Source of the DNA: Octopus bimaculoides
Taxonomy: Eukaryota
Direction of reading: 5' to 3'
Assembly: GCF_001194135.2 (NCBI RefSeq)
Contig: NC_068988.1
Location: 39,095,887 to 39,131,244 of the forward strand
DNA: 35,358 nt
The notes below the pieces were generated by a model that had not been told where the DNA came from, made no database searches, and saw only the letters and a list, made by a program, of their open reading frames with translations. Of this stretch, positions 34,661-35,358 are shown one piece after another. Position 1 is the stretch's first letter; the number at the start of each line of letters is the position of its first letter. The position numbers and the translations under genes are program-made.

Positions 34661-35179
34661 AAAATACTCCATCAATTCTCGAACCTTTAGGCTTGCGCAG
34701 GGTTGATACCTGTGGTGTGTTACAGTGTGTCATACTACATATAAGACGTAAAGAATATAAAACATTGACTATTACTACTTCTTCCAAAATCTCGCTTTTG
34801 AAAACGTGCATTATTTCTCAGCTGAAACTTACCTAAAGCAACTTGGTTCCCATCTCGCTGTTATTTGCAGATGATGAAAGAGAAGAAAAGCTTTATATTT
34901 ATTTCAGCAAACTTCAGCTGCAATTTTGTCCGTGAAAATGCCGCCAGCATTATGGTTTGTTTCAAGAATTACTAATATTATCACTGTATTCTAATTGTCT
35001 TTGTTACTGGTAGTATATTAACGGCTGCAGTAATTCAGCAGCTGCTAGTTGCATCATTCCTATAATTATGTATCTTCAAAGGAGGACATTATTCTATTCT
35101 TTACATAGTTTATTACAATTTTGCATTTATGAGCAAAATCGGTAGAGCATCATGTGCATATGTTACAATGCAATACTGA

Positions 35180-35358
35180 TTTCAAATATTGAAACAAGGC
35201 CAGCAATTTCTGAGAGGAGGTATGTCGATTACTTCGACCTCACTGTTCAACTGGTACGTATTCTATCGACCCTGACAGGATGAAAGCTAAAGTCGATCAT
35301 GGCGGAATTTGAACTCAGAATGTAAAAACGGACGAAATGCCGCTAAGCATTTTGCCCG
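35180..35358 (-). mobile_element. SINE family A, head cut by window end
   Basis: acaaggccagcaattt tail and ggcggaatttgaactcagaatgtaaaaacggacgaaatg. Confidence 0.88.

Overview
AT-rich, repeat-saturated animal genomic DNA. It is most likely cephalopod (Octopus), judged from recognisable tRNA-derived SINE families and very dense (TA)/(CA)/(AAT) microsatellites. Twelve N-gaps total about 4.6 kb (~13%), and most long entries in the ORF track are gap or microsatellite artefacts. I find no intact host gene, so the window looks intronic or intergenic. Recognisable content: a decayed DD34D mariner (~1735-2799); two different pogo/Tigger transposase fossils lying head-to-head (~6750-7490 minus, ~7799-10110 plus, with nested SINEs); an RTE-type LINE endonuclease fossil (~26310-27510); a 5'-truncated R4/Dong-like REL-endonuclease retrotransposon plus a second tiny copy, both inside (TAA)n in the same polarity; a hAT-type MITE with an exact 8-bp TSD; two fold-back elements; a 21-bp minisatellite; and roughly 40 SINE copies built from interchangeable heads and tails. 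The SINE labels A-G are my own working names. The most interesting signals are (1) apparent (TAA)n target-site specificity of the R4-like element, (2) a 54-bp hairpin made of two SINE heads whose only mismatches are G:U-compatible, and (3) combinatorial head/tail swapping among the SINEs. All alignments and translations were done by eye, and many boundaries are approximate.
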